Source: Sphingobacteriales bacterium (GTDB lineage: Bacteria; Bacteroidota; Bacteroidia; UKL13-3). Taken from it: a stretch of DNA of 64,000 nucleotides. The DNA lies in NCBI GenBank assembly GCA_021299635.1, contig JAJTFA010000001.1, positions 520,391-584,390 of the forward strand. The letters are read 5' to 3'. The notes under the pieces were generated by a model. That model searched no databases. It saw only the letters and a program-made list of their open reading frames with translations, and was not told the origin of the DNA. The translations under genes were made by a program, and so were the position numbers. This document shows, piece by piece, positions 30,494-38,120 of the stretch (the stretch's first letter is position 1; each line of letters begins with the position of its first letter).

Positions 30494-31039
30494 TCGTTTT
30501 TATTAAGGTCGGCATATGTTTCATCAAGTTTCTTGTTAAATATTTCGTTGTCTAAATTTATGTATTTGTCAAGGTCGTAAGAATGTAATTTGTCCCAGAA
30601 TTTTTGTTCGTCAAAGTTTGGTTTTACTTTATACTCGTCAAACAGTCTCTGGGAGAAAGAAAAAAGTCTGTTTCTATTTCGTAAGGTAGTTATTGTCGTT
30701 TGAGTGTCTGCAGATATATAAACTTTTACCTTATCTGAACCTTTATGTTTGATTAAGAATTGGTCTGTCTTAATAAATACATTAATACTGTCGTCTTGCG
30801 ATTTGAACGCTGGTTTGGTTGCAAAGCTTTCCATTCCCAATTAATTTCTTTGCAGGAATGTGTCCGAAAATTTGTCCCCCTTTTTGAAAGAAATATTCAA
30901 CTTCAATTGTTGAGTCCGTATATGTCAAGTAGCAAATAGTAAAAGGCATTTTTTGTCCTTTGTAAATGCCTTCTTCTAAAGTCTGCCCAAACGAATTTGT
31001 CGTCCAAAGAATAGTTGCTATTAAAAGTATCTGTCTCAT
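30487..31039 (-). pseudogene. Frameshifted secreted hypothetical protein (cassette 2)
   Basis: ORFs 30782..31039 and 30487..30840 join into one 183-aa ORF with a signal peptide if one G of GGG (30836-30838) is removed (...AKKLI-GMESF...). Confidence 0.75.
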
Positions 31040-31060
31040 TTTCGTGTCGTCCTACCATTG

Positions 31061-31193
31061 GCTATAACGTTTTGCAGCTACCCGAAGGGCGGGACTTTTA
31101 CCAAAAAATTGATTTGAAAAACTAATGCTTGATTAACCACAAAACTGTCTTTGGATCTCGAAACCCCGCCTTTTGGGTAGGTGCTGTTATGCC
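31061..31193 (-). repeat. attC-like site 1
   Basis: Minus strand GGCATAAC-AGCACCTACCCAAAAGGCGGG...CCCGCCCTTCGGGTAGCTGC-AAAAC-GTTATAGC; upstream gene's TAA lies inside the first box. Confidence 0.8.
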
Positions 31194-32050
31194 TTCGTTG
31201 TTTTGTCATTCGTTTCAAATTCTTTGAGTGTCTTGCCGTCCTTGTTTTTCCATTCTGTCAGCCCGTTTGCATTACGTCCCATTACCATAACTGCTGCTGT
31301 CGATGGACTACTAAAAATGTAGTCGTCTGAAAATTCAAAGTATTCTCCTTTGTCAACAAGCACTCCTTCGTCAATAAGTTTTTGTCTGTATGTGATGAAG
31401 TTCGGAGTCATTGAATTTACAATTGTAGCTGCTGCTTTGGAGTTTTTGAAAACTACAAAACCATCAGAAGTCGGTTCTCCTTGTCCATCTGCACCACGAG
31501 CAGCTTTAATATAAAATGATTCTTGTTTTTGTTTAGGTTTAAATTCTCTTTTCTCGTCAAACACTTTATGTCCGAGTGTATTTACAAGCATTTTTATGTA
31601 CTCAATAAATTCTTCCATTTCAGCTCTGTCAGATTCAGAAATTGAAGATTGAGTCGGAATTATTGAATTGTCTACCGTGTAGCGATTAGCAGACTTTGCA
31701 ATATCGTGAAGGCGATTTTCTAAATATTTTATGTGAGCTTTGTTTAAGTTTTCGTCCTTGCTTATAAAAACAATTGCTTCGTTCCAGAAATCCTTTTGAG
31801 TCAACTGTTGATTTAGACGTTTTAAAATTGATTCGGCTTCACCTATATAAACTTGGTCTTTCCCCGTATCGTCTTTTCCAAAGAGTAAATAAACTCCGGT
31901 GCTAGTCAGGTCATCACGGTCTGCACAATCCTTAATTTTAATTCTCGGAATTTTATATGCTTTTCCAGACCAGTTGGAAAGTTCACAACTCATTCGTCCG
32001 TTAGGTTCTCCGTCAATGAGAAATATTTTTATTGTCTTTCCGAATTTCAT
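31187..32050 (-). CDS. GIY-YIG nuclease with C-terminal DUF4357 domain
   Basis: GVYLL...VYIGEAE..KRL; KYLE; C-terminal FSSPSTAAVMVMGRNANGLTEWK. Confidence 0.88.
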   Translation of the reverse strand: MKFGKTIKIFLIDGEPNGRMSCELSNWSGKAYKIPRIKIKDCADRDDLTSTGVYLLFGKDDTGKDQVYIGEAESILKRLNQQLTQKDFWNEAIVFISKDENLNKAHIKYLENRLHDIAKSANRYTVDNSIIPTQSSISESDRAEMEEFIEYIKMLVNTLGHKVFDEKREFKPKQKQESFYIKAARGADGQGEPTSDGFVVFKNSKAAATIVNSMTPNFITYRQKLIDEGVLVDKGEYFEFSDDYIFSSPSTAAVMVMGRNANGLTEWKNKDGKTLKEFETNDKTTKA

Positions 32051-32056
32051 TATTTA

Positions 32057-32767
32057 TTAAGTATTAAGTTCACAAATTACAGGCAGGTGATCGCTGTAGT
32101 TTATCCATTTTTCAATGTCCGCTACTTCAAAATTTCTCAGGCCTTTTTCAATTTCTCTTGATGCGAAAATATAATCAATGTGGTATGGTTTTGCTCTATT
32201 TCTTTGGAGAAAAAAAGTCGGTTTTGATTCTTTTCCTTGTTCTTCATTAAAATAGGAATGATACAAACTATTAATGTTCATTTTTGATAAATCATTTACT
32301 ACGTCCGAATGATTCCACCATCTATCCCATTCATCCCAAATAGTATTACTATTAAAATCCCCAGCAAGAATTATTTTCGTAAATTTTGATTTGTTTATTT
32401 CTAGATATTTCCACAATTGTCCGATGTAGCCAAAGTTCGGTGATTTGTTTTGACTTGTCCAAATACTCAATAATTGAAAATCATTATTCACAAGACAAGG
32501 CAAGAAGTGCTTTACTACATGGTCTTTATAGTTAGCACTCCAGTTAATTAATTCAATAGTCGTTTTGTTTTTTGCGAAGATCCCAAGTCCTTTATTTTTA
32601 TTGTCGCCTTTCCAAAGGTGATTTCCTGCCCAAGAAATATAATGTTGATGTTTTGATAATTCTGGATTTTCACATTCTTGGATAATATAAAGGTCAGCAT
32701 TAAGGTCTGAAAGATGTTCAAACTTATTCCTTAACGCACCATTACAATTCCAAGTCACTATTTTCAT
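32057..32767 (-). CDS. Endonuclease/exonuclease/phosphatase (EEP) family protein
   Basis: MKIVTWNCNG, IIQE, AGDFN, HIDYIF, SDHLP motifs. Confidence 0.9.
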   Translation of the reverse strand: MKIVTWNCNGALRNKFEHLSDLNADLYIIQECENPELSKHQHYISWAGNHLWKGDNKNKGLGIFAKNKTTIELINWSANYKDHVVKHFLPCLVNNDFQLLSIWTSQNKSPNFGYIGQLWKYLEINKSKFTKIILAGDFNSNTIWDEWDRWWNHSDVVNDLSKMNINSLYHSYFNEEQGKESKPTFFLQRNRAKPYHIDYIFASREIEKGLRNFEVADIEKWINYSDHLPVICELNT

Positions 32768-32791
32768 TAATTATTCTGTCTTTTTACAATG

Positions 32792-32900
32792 AGGCATAAC
32801 TAGCTTATTCACGCTATACATGTTCGTATATACATCCAAATTTGGGTGTATATGCGCTAATATGCATATGTTGTTTACCAATATGTATGCCTGTTATAGG
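32792..32900 (-). other. Array leader / attI-like recombination site
   Basis: GTTATGCCT box (32800-32792) preceded by a 26-bp near-perfect palindrome (32828-32853); not homologous to the attC-like repeats. Confidence 0.5.
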
Positions 32901-32985
32901 GTAGCTAAGCGCCCTTATCCCAAAAATACCATTTTTCGCATATAAACAATTAGGTTTATTTGCTGCAGTGGCTTTTACTTGCCAT

Positions 32986-33018
32986 AAAAAAAGCCACCCT
33001 GTTTATTGAGGGCGGCTT
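32986..33018 (-). terminator. Intrinsic terminator after tRNA-Arg
   Basis: AAGCCGCCCT-caataaac-AGGGTGGCTT-TTTTT on the minus strand. Confidence 0.8.
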
Positions 33019-33095
33019 TGGTGGTCTCGACAGGATTCAAACCTGTAACCTTCTGATCCGTAGTCAGATGCTCTATTCAGTTGAGCTACGAAACC
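33019..33095 (-). tRNA. tRNA-Arg(ACG)
   Basis: GGTTTCG acceptor stem pairs with CGAGACC; anticodon arm TCTGA-CT ACG GA-TCAGA; T arm GGTTTGAATCC; encoded CCA. Confidence 0.95.
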
Positions 33096-33109
33096 GTTTT
33101 TAAGAGCAG

Positions 33110-33117
33110 CAAATATA
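33110..33117 (-). promoter_or_regulatory. -7 promoter element for tRNA-Arg
   Basis: TATATTTG on the minus strand, 14 bp upstream of the tRNA. Confidence 0.6.
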
Positions 33118-33180
33118 GTGCAATTTCAACTTTATGCAATATTCAGCATCAAATCAGTTGGGCCTGCGGCTGCCTGCAAT

Positions 33181-33200
33181 AAAAAAGCCCCCCGGCTTTT
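33181..33200 (-). terminator. Probable intrinsic terminator of the peroxiredoxin gene
   Basis: AAAAGCCGGGGGGCTTTTTT on the minus strand; short stem. Confidence 0.5.
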
Positions 33201-33217
33201 GTATAATAGCATTGATA

Positions 33218-33703
33218 TTAGGCACCGGCTTGCACACCAAGTGCCTGCAGCGTATCGTTTATTGCCTGAAAATTGGGTAGTTCACCTGCATTTTCCAGTA
33301 CTTCGGCATATTGTATGGTTCCGCTGCCATCTACCACAAATGCAGCGCGTTTGGCCACACCTTTCAGTCCCAGAATCCAGTCTTCATAAATGGCACCATA
33401 AGCCCTGCTGGCTTCTTTGTTAAAATCAGAAAGCAAATCAAAATTTAGTTTTTGCTCTTCTTTAAACTTAGCCAGTGTAAAAGGCAAATCCACAGAGATG
33501 GCCACTACATTGGCTTTATCATTGCTGTATAGGCTAATGGCATCTCTCACGGTGCACAATTGCGTGGTGCAAACACCGGTAAATGCAGCCGGAAAAAAAT
33601 GAATAATCAGGTTTTTGCCTGCAAACTGTTCCAGTGTAACTTCTTTCTTGTCAGAATTAACCAGTTTAAATGAGGGGGCTTTATCGCCTTTCTTTAGTGT
33701 CAT
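33218..33703 (-). CDS. Peroxiredoxin (AhpC/TSA, AhpE/BCP-like)
   Basis: FFPAAFTGVCTTQLC, ISVDLPF, LLSDFN, KRAAFVVD. Confidence 0.9.
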   Translation of the reverse strand: MTLKKGDKAPSFKLVNSDKKEVTLEQFAGKNLIIHFFPAAFTGVCTTQLCTVRDAISLYSNDKANVVAISVDLPFTLAKFKEEQKLNFDLLSDFNKEASRAYGAIYEDWILGLKGVAKRAAFVVDGSGTIQYAEVLENAGELPNFQAINDTLQALGVQAGA

Positions 33704-33752
33704 ACGTGTTATTGTTAATGTATTTAAATAGCAAAGATGTGTTTAAATTGTT

Positions 33753-34499
33753 TTAGTTCACCATGCGTTTAATAAAGCGCAGCTTGTGTGAGTATTCATC
33801 GCGTTCGGCATCATAAATTCCATGTCCGTCAATCTTATCAATTCTTACCCTGCCTGAGGCATGTATAATTTCATCAGGGTTTAGCATAATGCCCACATGG
33901 GTAATGCGGCCTTCATCGTTATCAAAAAATGCCAGGTCACCGGCTTTGGCTTCTTCTCTAAAACCCAGTGTTTCGCCCGTTTCGGCCTGCTGCCATGCAT
34001 CTCTTGGCAGGTTTAATCCGCAAATGCGGTAAACAATTTGTGTAAGGCCAGAGCAATCAATACCAAAAGGGGAGCGGCCGCCCCACAGATAGGGCGCGTG
34101 TAAAAACTGTTTGGCCACATAAACAATATCTGATTTGCCGTAGGCAATATTGGGTAAATCCAGTTCGTAGCTTTGCTGGTTTATGTTGAAAATGCCATTG
34201 TTGTAATCGGGCAGCAGGCTTCCGGGTAAAATAAAAAAGGCATCGTTGCCTGCTTTTGCTTTATTAAACGGATAGCCAACAGAAACCACGGCACCGGCAG
34301 GCTCATGCATAAGTTTTTCTGTTTGCCTGCTGCTAATCCAACCTACATATTGGTCGGCATCGGTTTTAATATGAGTCCAGCCTGCTTCACTTTCTATCAC
34401 CGTATAGGTTTCGCCAAAAAGCAGCATGGTTGTCATTTCAGAGGTGCTGCTTGCTTCTTTGCGCACAGGTATGCAGGAGAGTTTACAAATGCCTTTCAT
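33753..34499 (-). CDS. SH3 + NlpC/P60 (C40) peptidase
   Basis: PYLWGG, GIDCSG, LPRDA, THVGI, IIHAS; N-terminal SH3b-like segment. Confidence 0.92.
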   Translation of the reverse strand: MKGICKLSCIPVRKEASSTSEMTTMLLFGETYTVIESEAGWTHIKTDADQYVGWISSRQTEKLMHEPAGAVVSVGYPFNKAKAGNDAFFILPGSLLPDYNNGIFNINQQSYELDLPNIAYGKSDIVYVAKQFLHAPYLWGGRSPFGIDCSGLTQIVYRICGLNLPRDAWQQAETGETLGFREEAKAGDLAFFDNDEGRITHVGIMLNPDEIIHASGRVRIDKIDGHGIYDAERDEYSHKLRFIKRMVN

Positions 34500-34564
34500 A
34501 TGTTCCCAAAATTATAAATAATACGGATATTGCCCAGGTAGCATAACGTTGAATACTGAGTTGG

Positions 34565-35260
34565 TTAGTTGCCGGTTTGCTTCAGTTGTTTAATCCAGGT
34601 CATTACCAAATCAAACTGTTCCTGTCTGTTAAGGTGTGTATTGTCCAGCTCAATGGCATCGGCTGCTTTTTTAAGCGGACTATCGGCACGGGTAGAATCA
34701 ATGCGGTCTCTTTTCTCCAGATTGGCCAATACTTCTTCAGCCGTGGTTTGTTGTCCTTTTGCTTTCAGTTCATCCAGCCTGCGCTGCGCTCTTACGGTGG
34801 GTTGTGCAGTAACAAAAATTTTCAGTTCGGCATCAGGAAAAACAACGGTGCCAATATCGCGCCCATCCATTACAATGCCTTTTTCTTTGCCTAATTCCTG
34901 TTGTTGTTTTACCAGAAACCTGCGCACTTCGCTAATGGCACTTACATCGCTTACCACACTTGCCACACGCGGGTTTATGCGTATTTCCTGTTCCACATTT
35001 TCTCCGTTGAGCAGGGTTTGCTGTGTTTGTGTATCGGCATTATAGCTAAAATCAATTTTTATAAAAGGCAGTGCCTCGGCTACCATTTCCGGATGATGAA
35101 TATCAATCTGATTTTTGAGGAGGTATAAGGCAACGGCTCTGTACATAGCGCCTGTATCAATAAACCGATAGCCCAGTTGTTTGGCTAATTGTTTGGCCAA
35201 TGTGCTTTTTCCGCAGGAAGAGTACCCATCAATGGCAATAATGATTTTTGATTCAGGCAT
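34565..35260 (-). CDS. cmk: Cytidylate kinase
   Basis: IAIDG.SSCGKST, DTGAMYR, MDGRDIGTVVFP. Confidence 0.96.
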   Translation of the reverse strand: MPESKIIIAIDGYSSCGKSTLAKQLAKQLGYRFIDTGAMYRAVALYLLKNQIDIHHPEMVAEALPFIKIDFSYNADTQTQQTLLNGENVEQEIRINPRVASVVSDVSAISEVRRFLVKQQQELGKEKGIVMDGRDIGTVVFPDAELKIFVTAQPTVRAQRRLDELKAKGQQTTAEEVLANLEKRDRIDSTRADSPLKKAADAIELDNTHLNRQEQFDLVMTWIKQLKQTGN

Positions 35261-35300
35261 TGCGTTGTTGTTTCAGCAAAGTAAAGCAACGCAGTGATAA

Positions 35301-36371
35301 TTACGAAGCCGTTTTTTTCTTTTTCAGGTATTCATTCATAAACACAATGAATGAGATATGGTTGGTGGAGTGGCCCACATGATAGCCTGTGCGTCCGTAT
35401 GCCACCTGAAATTTAGAGAGCCTTAGGCCAAAGCCCCAGGCAAAACCTGTCATACCACCGGTTTCTTCCAGTTTCATTTCCCACCTGCGCAAGTGGTTAT
35501 ATCCCAAGCCCACATAAAAGTTTTTGCCCAGCAGCAACTCACCGCTCAGGTTTATGTGGCTCAGCACCTGATCAAAGGCATTAAACGATTCGGGTATGGG
35601 TTGGCCGGTTTCCAGGTCTCTTTTTAAGCCCGGTTTGTTGGGGTTGTTATACAACAGGCCTCCCGGATTTTGCAGGTTATGCGCCACCAGTGAAAAACGA
35701 AACGGGGCATGCGCAAATTTTTTGCTTACGCCAACTTGTAAATTAAAAGGCAGCGTTTCGTTGTTGCCTGCACGGTATGTTTTAATCTGGGTTCCAAGAT
35801 TAGCGGCTACCACAGAGAGGGTAAACAGTTTTTCGGGATCGTAGTAGGTAGCAGCCAGATCGGTGGCAATACCCAGTGAGGTATAACTTTCAAGCGTGGA
35901 GTAAATAAATTTTAACTGCCCCCCAACGCTTAATTTATTAAATGTTTTGGCATAGCCTGCCTGAAAGCAATACTCGGCAGCAGTAAATTCTCCCAGCACA
36001 TCTCCGGTGGCACTGGTTTGCCTAAAAGTACCGTAGTTAATGTATTGCAAGCCTGCAGAAAAAGTGCCTACACTGTCTTTATGTTTGGCATAAGTAACAT
36101 AGCCGGCACCAATGCCATCAAAATAAAAAACATGGTTATAGCCCACCTGGTTATCCATTTCTTTAGTGAGCAATGCCGGATTTTGCGAAGCAAGGTTCAC
36201 ATCGTTTTCACGAGTGGCAATGGCGTAGCCACCCAGCGCGGCAATGCGTGCATTGGGTTGCAGGGTTAAAAACTGATAGGTTCCGGTGCCGCCAATTTGT
36301 GCCGATGTGTATGCGGCCAACGATGCAAATAGAATTAATAAATAAAATCTCACCGTTTCAAAAATATTCAA
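35301..36371 (-). CDS. porQ: Type IX secretion system protein PorQ
   Basis: QIGG..TYQFL, ARIAALGG, NPALL barrel N-terminus, GYNHLRR; located upstream of cmk as typical in Bacteroidota. Confidence 0.8.
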   Translation of the reverse strand: MNIFETVRFYLLILFASLAAYTSAQIGGTGTYQFLTLQPNARIAALGGYAIATRENDVNLASQNPALLTKEMDNQVGYNHVFYFDGIGAGYVTYAKHKDSVGTFSAGLQYINYGTFRQTSATGDVLGEFTAAEYCFQAGYAKTFNKLSVGGQLKFIYSTLESYTSLGIATDLAATYYDPEKLFTLSVVAANLGTQIKTYRAGNNETLPFNLQVGVSKKFAHAPFRFSLVAHNLQNPGGLLYNNPNKPGLKRDLETGQPIPESFNAFDQVLSHINLSGELLLGKNFYVGLGYNHLRRWEMKLEETGGMTGFAWGFGLRLSKFQVAYGRTGYHVGHSTNHISFIVFMNEYLKKKKTAS

Positions 36372-36405
36372 TTAAACGATAATTGATGCTAAAAAGTATG
36401 GCAAT

Positions 36406-36428
36406 AAAAAAGCCCCTTGCGGGGCTTT
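36406..36428 (-). terminator. Intrinsic terminator
   Basis: AAAGCCCC-gcaa-GGGGCTTTTTT downstream of the zinc peptidase gene. Confidence 0.8.
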
Positions 36429-36449
36429 AAGTATTGGTATTTAAAAAAA

Positions 36450-37139
36450 TTAGTCTCTTCTTCCCAGCAACATCATTACCCAGTAAAGCAAAGAGGCAAT
36501 GGCAGAAAGTGCAGCTACCACATAAGTCATGGCAGCCCATTTTAAGGCATCTTTGGCCATATCTCGCTCATCACTCATTACAATACCTTTATTGGTAAGC
36601 CATGCAAGGGCACGGTTGCTGGCATCAAACTCTACCGGTAAAGTAATTACAGAGAAAAGTGTAATTACACCCTGACAGGCGATGATGGTAAGCAATACAA
36701 TCTCAAACGGAAATGCTTTGAATAAAAACATACCACCAAACATCATCACCATGATGATGATATTGAGGATGCGTGCACTGGCATTTTGCATAGGCACCAT
36801 GGCTGAACGAAATTTGAGCATGCTGTAGGCTGTGGCATGTTGCACTGCATGTCCGCATTCATGTGCGGCAATAGATGCAGCAGTAATATGCCTGCCATGA
36901 TATACATCGTGACTTAAATTTACCGTTTTGTTTAATGGGTTGTAGTGGTCGGTTAAGGAACCTTCGGTGCTAATTACCTTCACGTCATAAATGCCATTAT
37001 CTTTAAGCATGGCCTCTGCAATTTCGGCACCACTCATGTCATGTCTTAATGACACCTGACTGTAACGGTTAACTTTAGAACGAAAACGCCAGCTAACAGC
37101 TAAGCTGAGCACGGCAAATACAATAAACAGGAATAGCAT
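36450..37139 (-). CDS. Membrane zinc metallopeptidase (YugP-like)
   Basis: LTDHYNP, AAHECGHAVQH, TLPVEFDASNRAL, AAMTYV. Confidence 0.92.
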   Translation of the reverse strand: MLFLFIVFAVLSLAVSWRFRSKVNRYSQVSLRHDMSGAEIAEAMLKDNGIYDVKVISTEGSLTDHYNPLNKTVNLSHDVYHGRHITAASIAAHECGHAVQHATAYSMLKFRSAMVPMQNASARILNIIIMVMMFGGMFLFKAFPFEIVLLTIIACQGVITLFSVITLPVEFDASNRALAWLTNKGIVMSDERDMAKDALKWAAMTYVVAALSAIASLLYWVMMLLGRRD

Positions 37140-37190
37140 AGTTATTTTTAAAATTTACGTGTAAGGTTCTTCAATAATTGTTCCAATTGC

Positions 37191-37373
37191 TCAGAAAGCA
37201 AATTTAATAATCATGATAATAACACCAATCAAAAACATCAGGATAGATATTTTATTGATGCCATGCATCATTTTTAAATTAAACGAGTGTGGAGCACCCG
37301 GTGCGGGTTTTTTCCAAAACGTGATATAGGACGCAAATTTTTTAATGATCATAATCTTAAAACAAACATACAT
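37191..37373 (-). CDS. Small membrane protein (DUF6728-like)
   Basis: FNLKMMHGINKISILMFL motif plus one transmembrane helix; start uncertain. Confidence 0.65.
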   Translation of the reverse strand: MYVCFKIMIIKKFASYITFWKKPAPGAPHSFNLKMMHGINKISILMFLIGVIIMIIKFAF

Positions 37374-37401
37374 ATATATAGTTTCAAAAGAAAAGCATGT
37401 G

Positions 37402-37453
37402 TTTAGGTATGTATAAAATTAATTTTTAGACATGCCTAAAAATACTATATTTG
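37402..37453 (+). promoter_or_regulatory. Tandem DtxR/MntR-type operator boxes plus -7 promoter
   Basis: TTTAGGTATGTATAAA (37402-37417), near-palindrome TTTTTAGACATGCCTAAAAA (37423-37442), then TATATTTG (37446-37453). Confidence 0.7.
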
Positions 37454-37457
37454 TGTG

Positions 37458-38117
37458 ATGTATTCGTTTACGGAAGAAAATTACCTCAAAGCTATTTACA
37501 AGCTTTCTGAAAACAACCGCCAATCCATCAGCACCAATGCCATTGCAGATTTGTTGCAAACCAAGGCTGCATCGGTTACGGATATGATTAGAAAGCTGGC
37601 TGAAAAAAAATTACTCAAGTATGAAAAATACAAGGGAGTGGAGTTAACCGAAAAAGGTAAGCGTGTAGCTGTTGATACGGTGCGCAAACACCGTTTGTGG
37701 GAAGTGTTTTTGTGCGACAAGCTTAAATTTGGGTGGGATGAGGTGCATGATATTGCCGAACAGTTGGAGCATATCAACTCTGCATTGCTCATTGATAAAC
37801 TGGATGCTTTTTTGGGTTATCCCTCGCATGATCCGCATGGAGATCCCATTCCCACCAAAAACGGTGATATCAAAAAATCTGAATTTGTATTACTTAATAC
37901 AGTAAAGGCATTACAACCGGTTATCATGTCGGGTGTGGCTGATCACAGCGTCCTTTTTTTACAGCACCTGGATAAAATTGGTTTACGGCTTGGTACCAGT
38001 TGTTTAATTGAGGAGATGAATGCCTATGATGGTTCCCTTAAATTAAAACTCAACAGCAAACAATCCATCAGCATTAGCAAAGACGTAGCAAAAAATATTT
38101 TAGTGAAACCGGTTTAA
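37458..38117 (+). CDS. mntR: DtxR/MntR metal-dependent repressor with FeoA-like domain
   Basis: TEENYLKAIY, RKHRLWEVFL, AEQLEH, DPHGDPIP. Confidence 0.92.
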   Translation: MYSFTEENYLKAIYKLSENNRQSISTNAIADLLQTKAASVTDMIRKLAEKKLLKYEKYKGVELTEKGKRVAVDTVRKHRLWEVFLCDKLKFGWDEVHDIAEQLEHINSALLIDKLDAFLGYPSHDPHGDPIPTKNGDIKKSEFVLLNTVKALQPVIMSGVADHSVLFLQHLDKIGLRLGTSCLIEEMNAYDGSLKLKLNSKQSISISKDVAKNILVKPV

Positions 38118-38120
38118 GTT

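Larger units (their letters stand above)
27620..32900 (-). mobile_element. Integron-like gene-cassette array (no integrase in window), adjacent to tRNA-Arg
   Basis: Visibly AT-rich block of co-oriented genes separated by attC-like inverted repeats; complementary GTT/AAC boxes at the cassette ends. Confidence 0.75.

Noticed and set aside
30176-30580. 134-aa plus-strand ORF across site 2
   Set aside because: It is antisense to the MazG-like gene and the repeat, with no recognisable motifs; a shadow ORF.
30357-31193. Spacer repeats as CRISPR repeats or simple terminators
   Set aside because: They are ~135 bp, separated by whole genes, lack U-tracts, and no cas genes are present.
27620-33020. 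Integrase, transposase or prophage explanation for the island
   Set aside because: No tyrosine or serine recombinase, DDE transposase or phage structural ORF is visible in the window, and no IS terminal repeats were seen.
33019-33095. tRNA pseudogene because the T-loop reads TTTGAAT rather than TTCGAAT
   Set aside because: All stems, CCA, promoter and terminator are intact; a single T-loop variant is insufficient.
9913-35260. Clustering of nucleotide enzymes (upp, cdd, ade, ung, cmk) as a defence or salvage island
   Set aside because: They are dispersed ordinary housekeeping genes with core-like composition in different operons.
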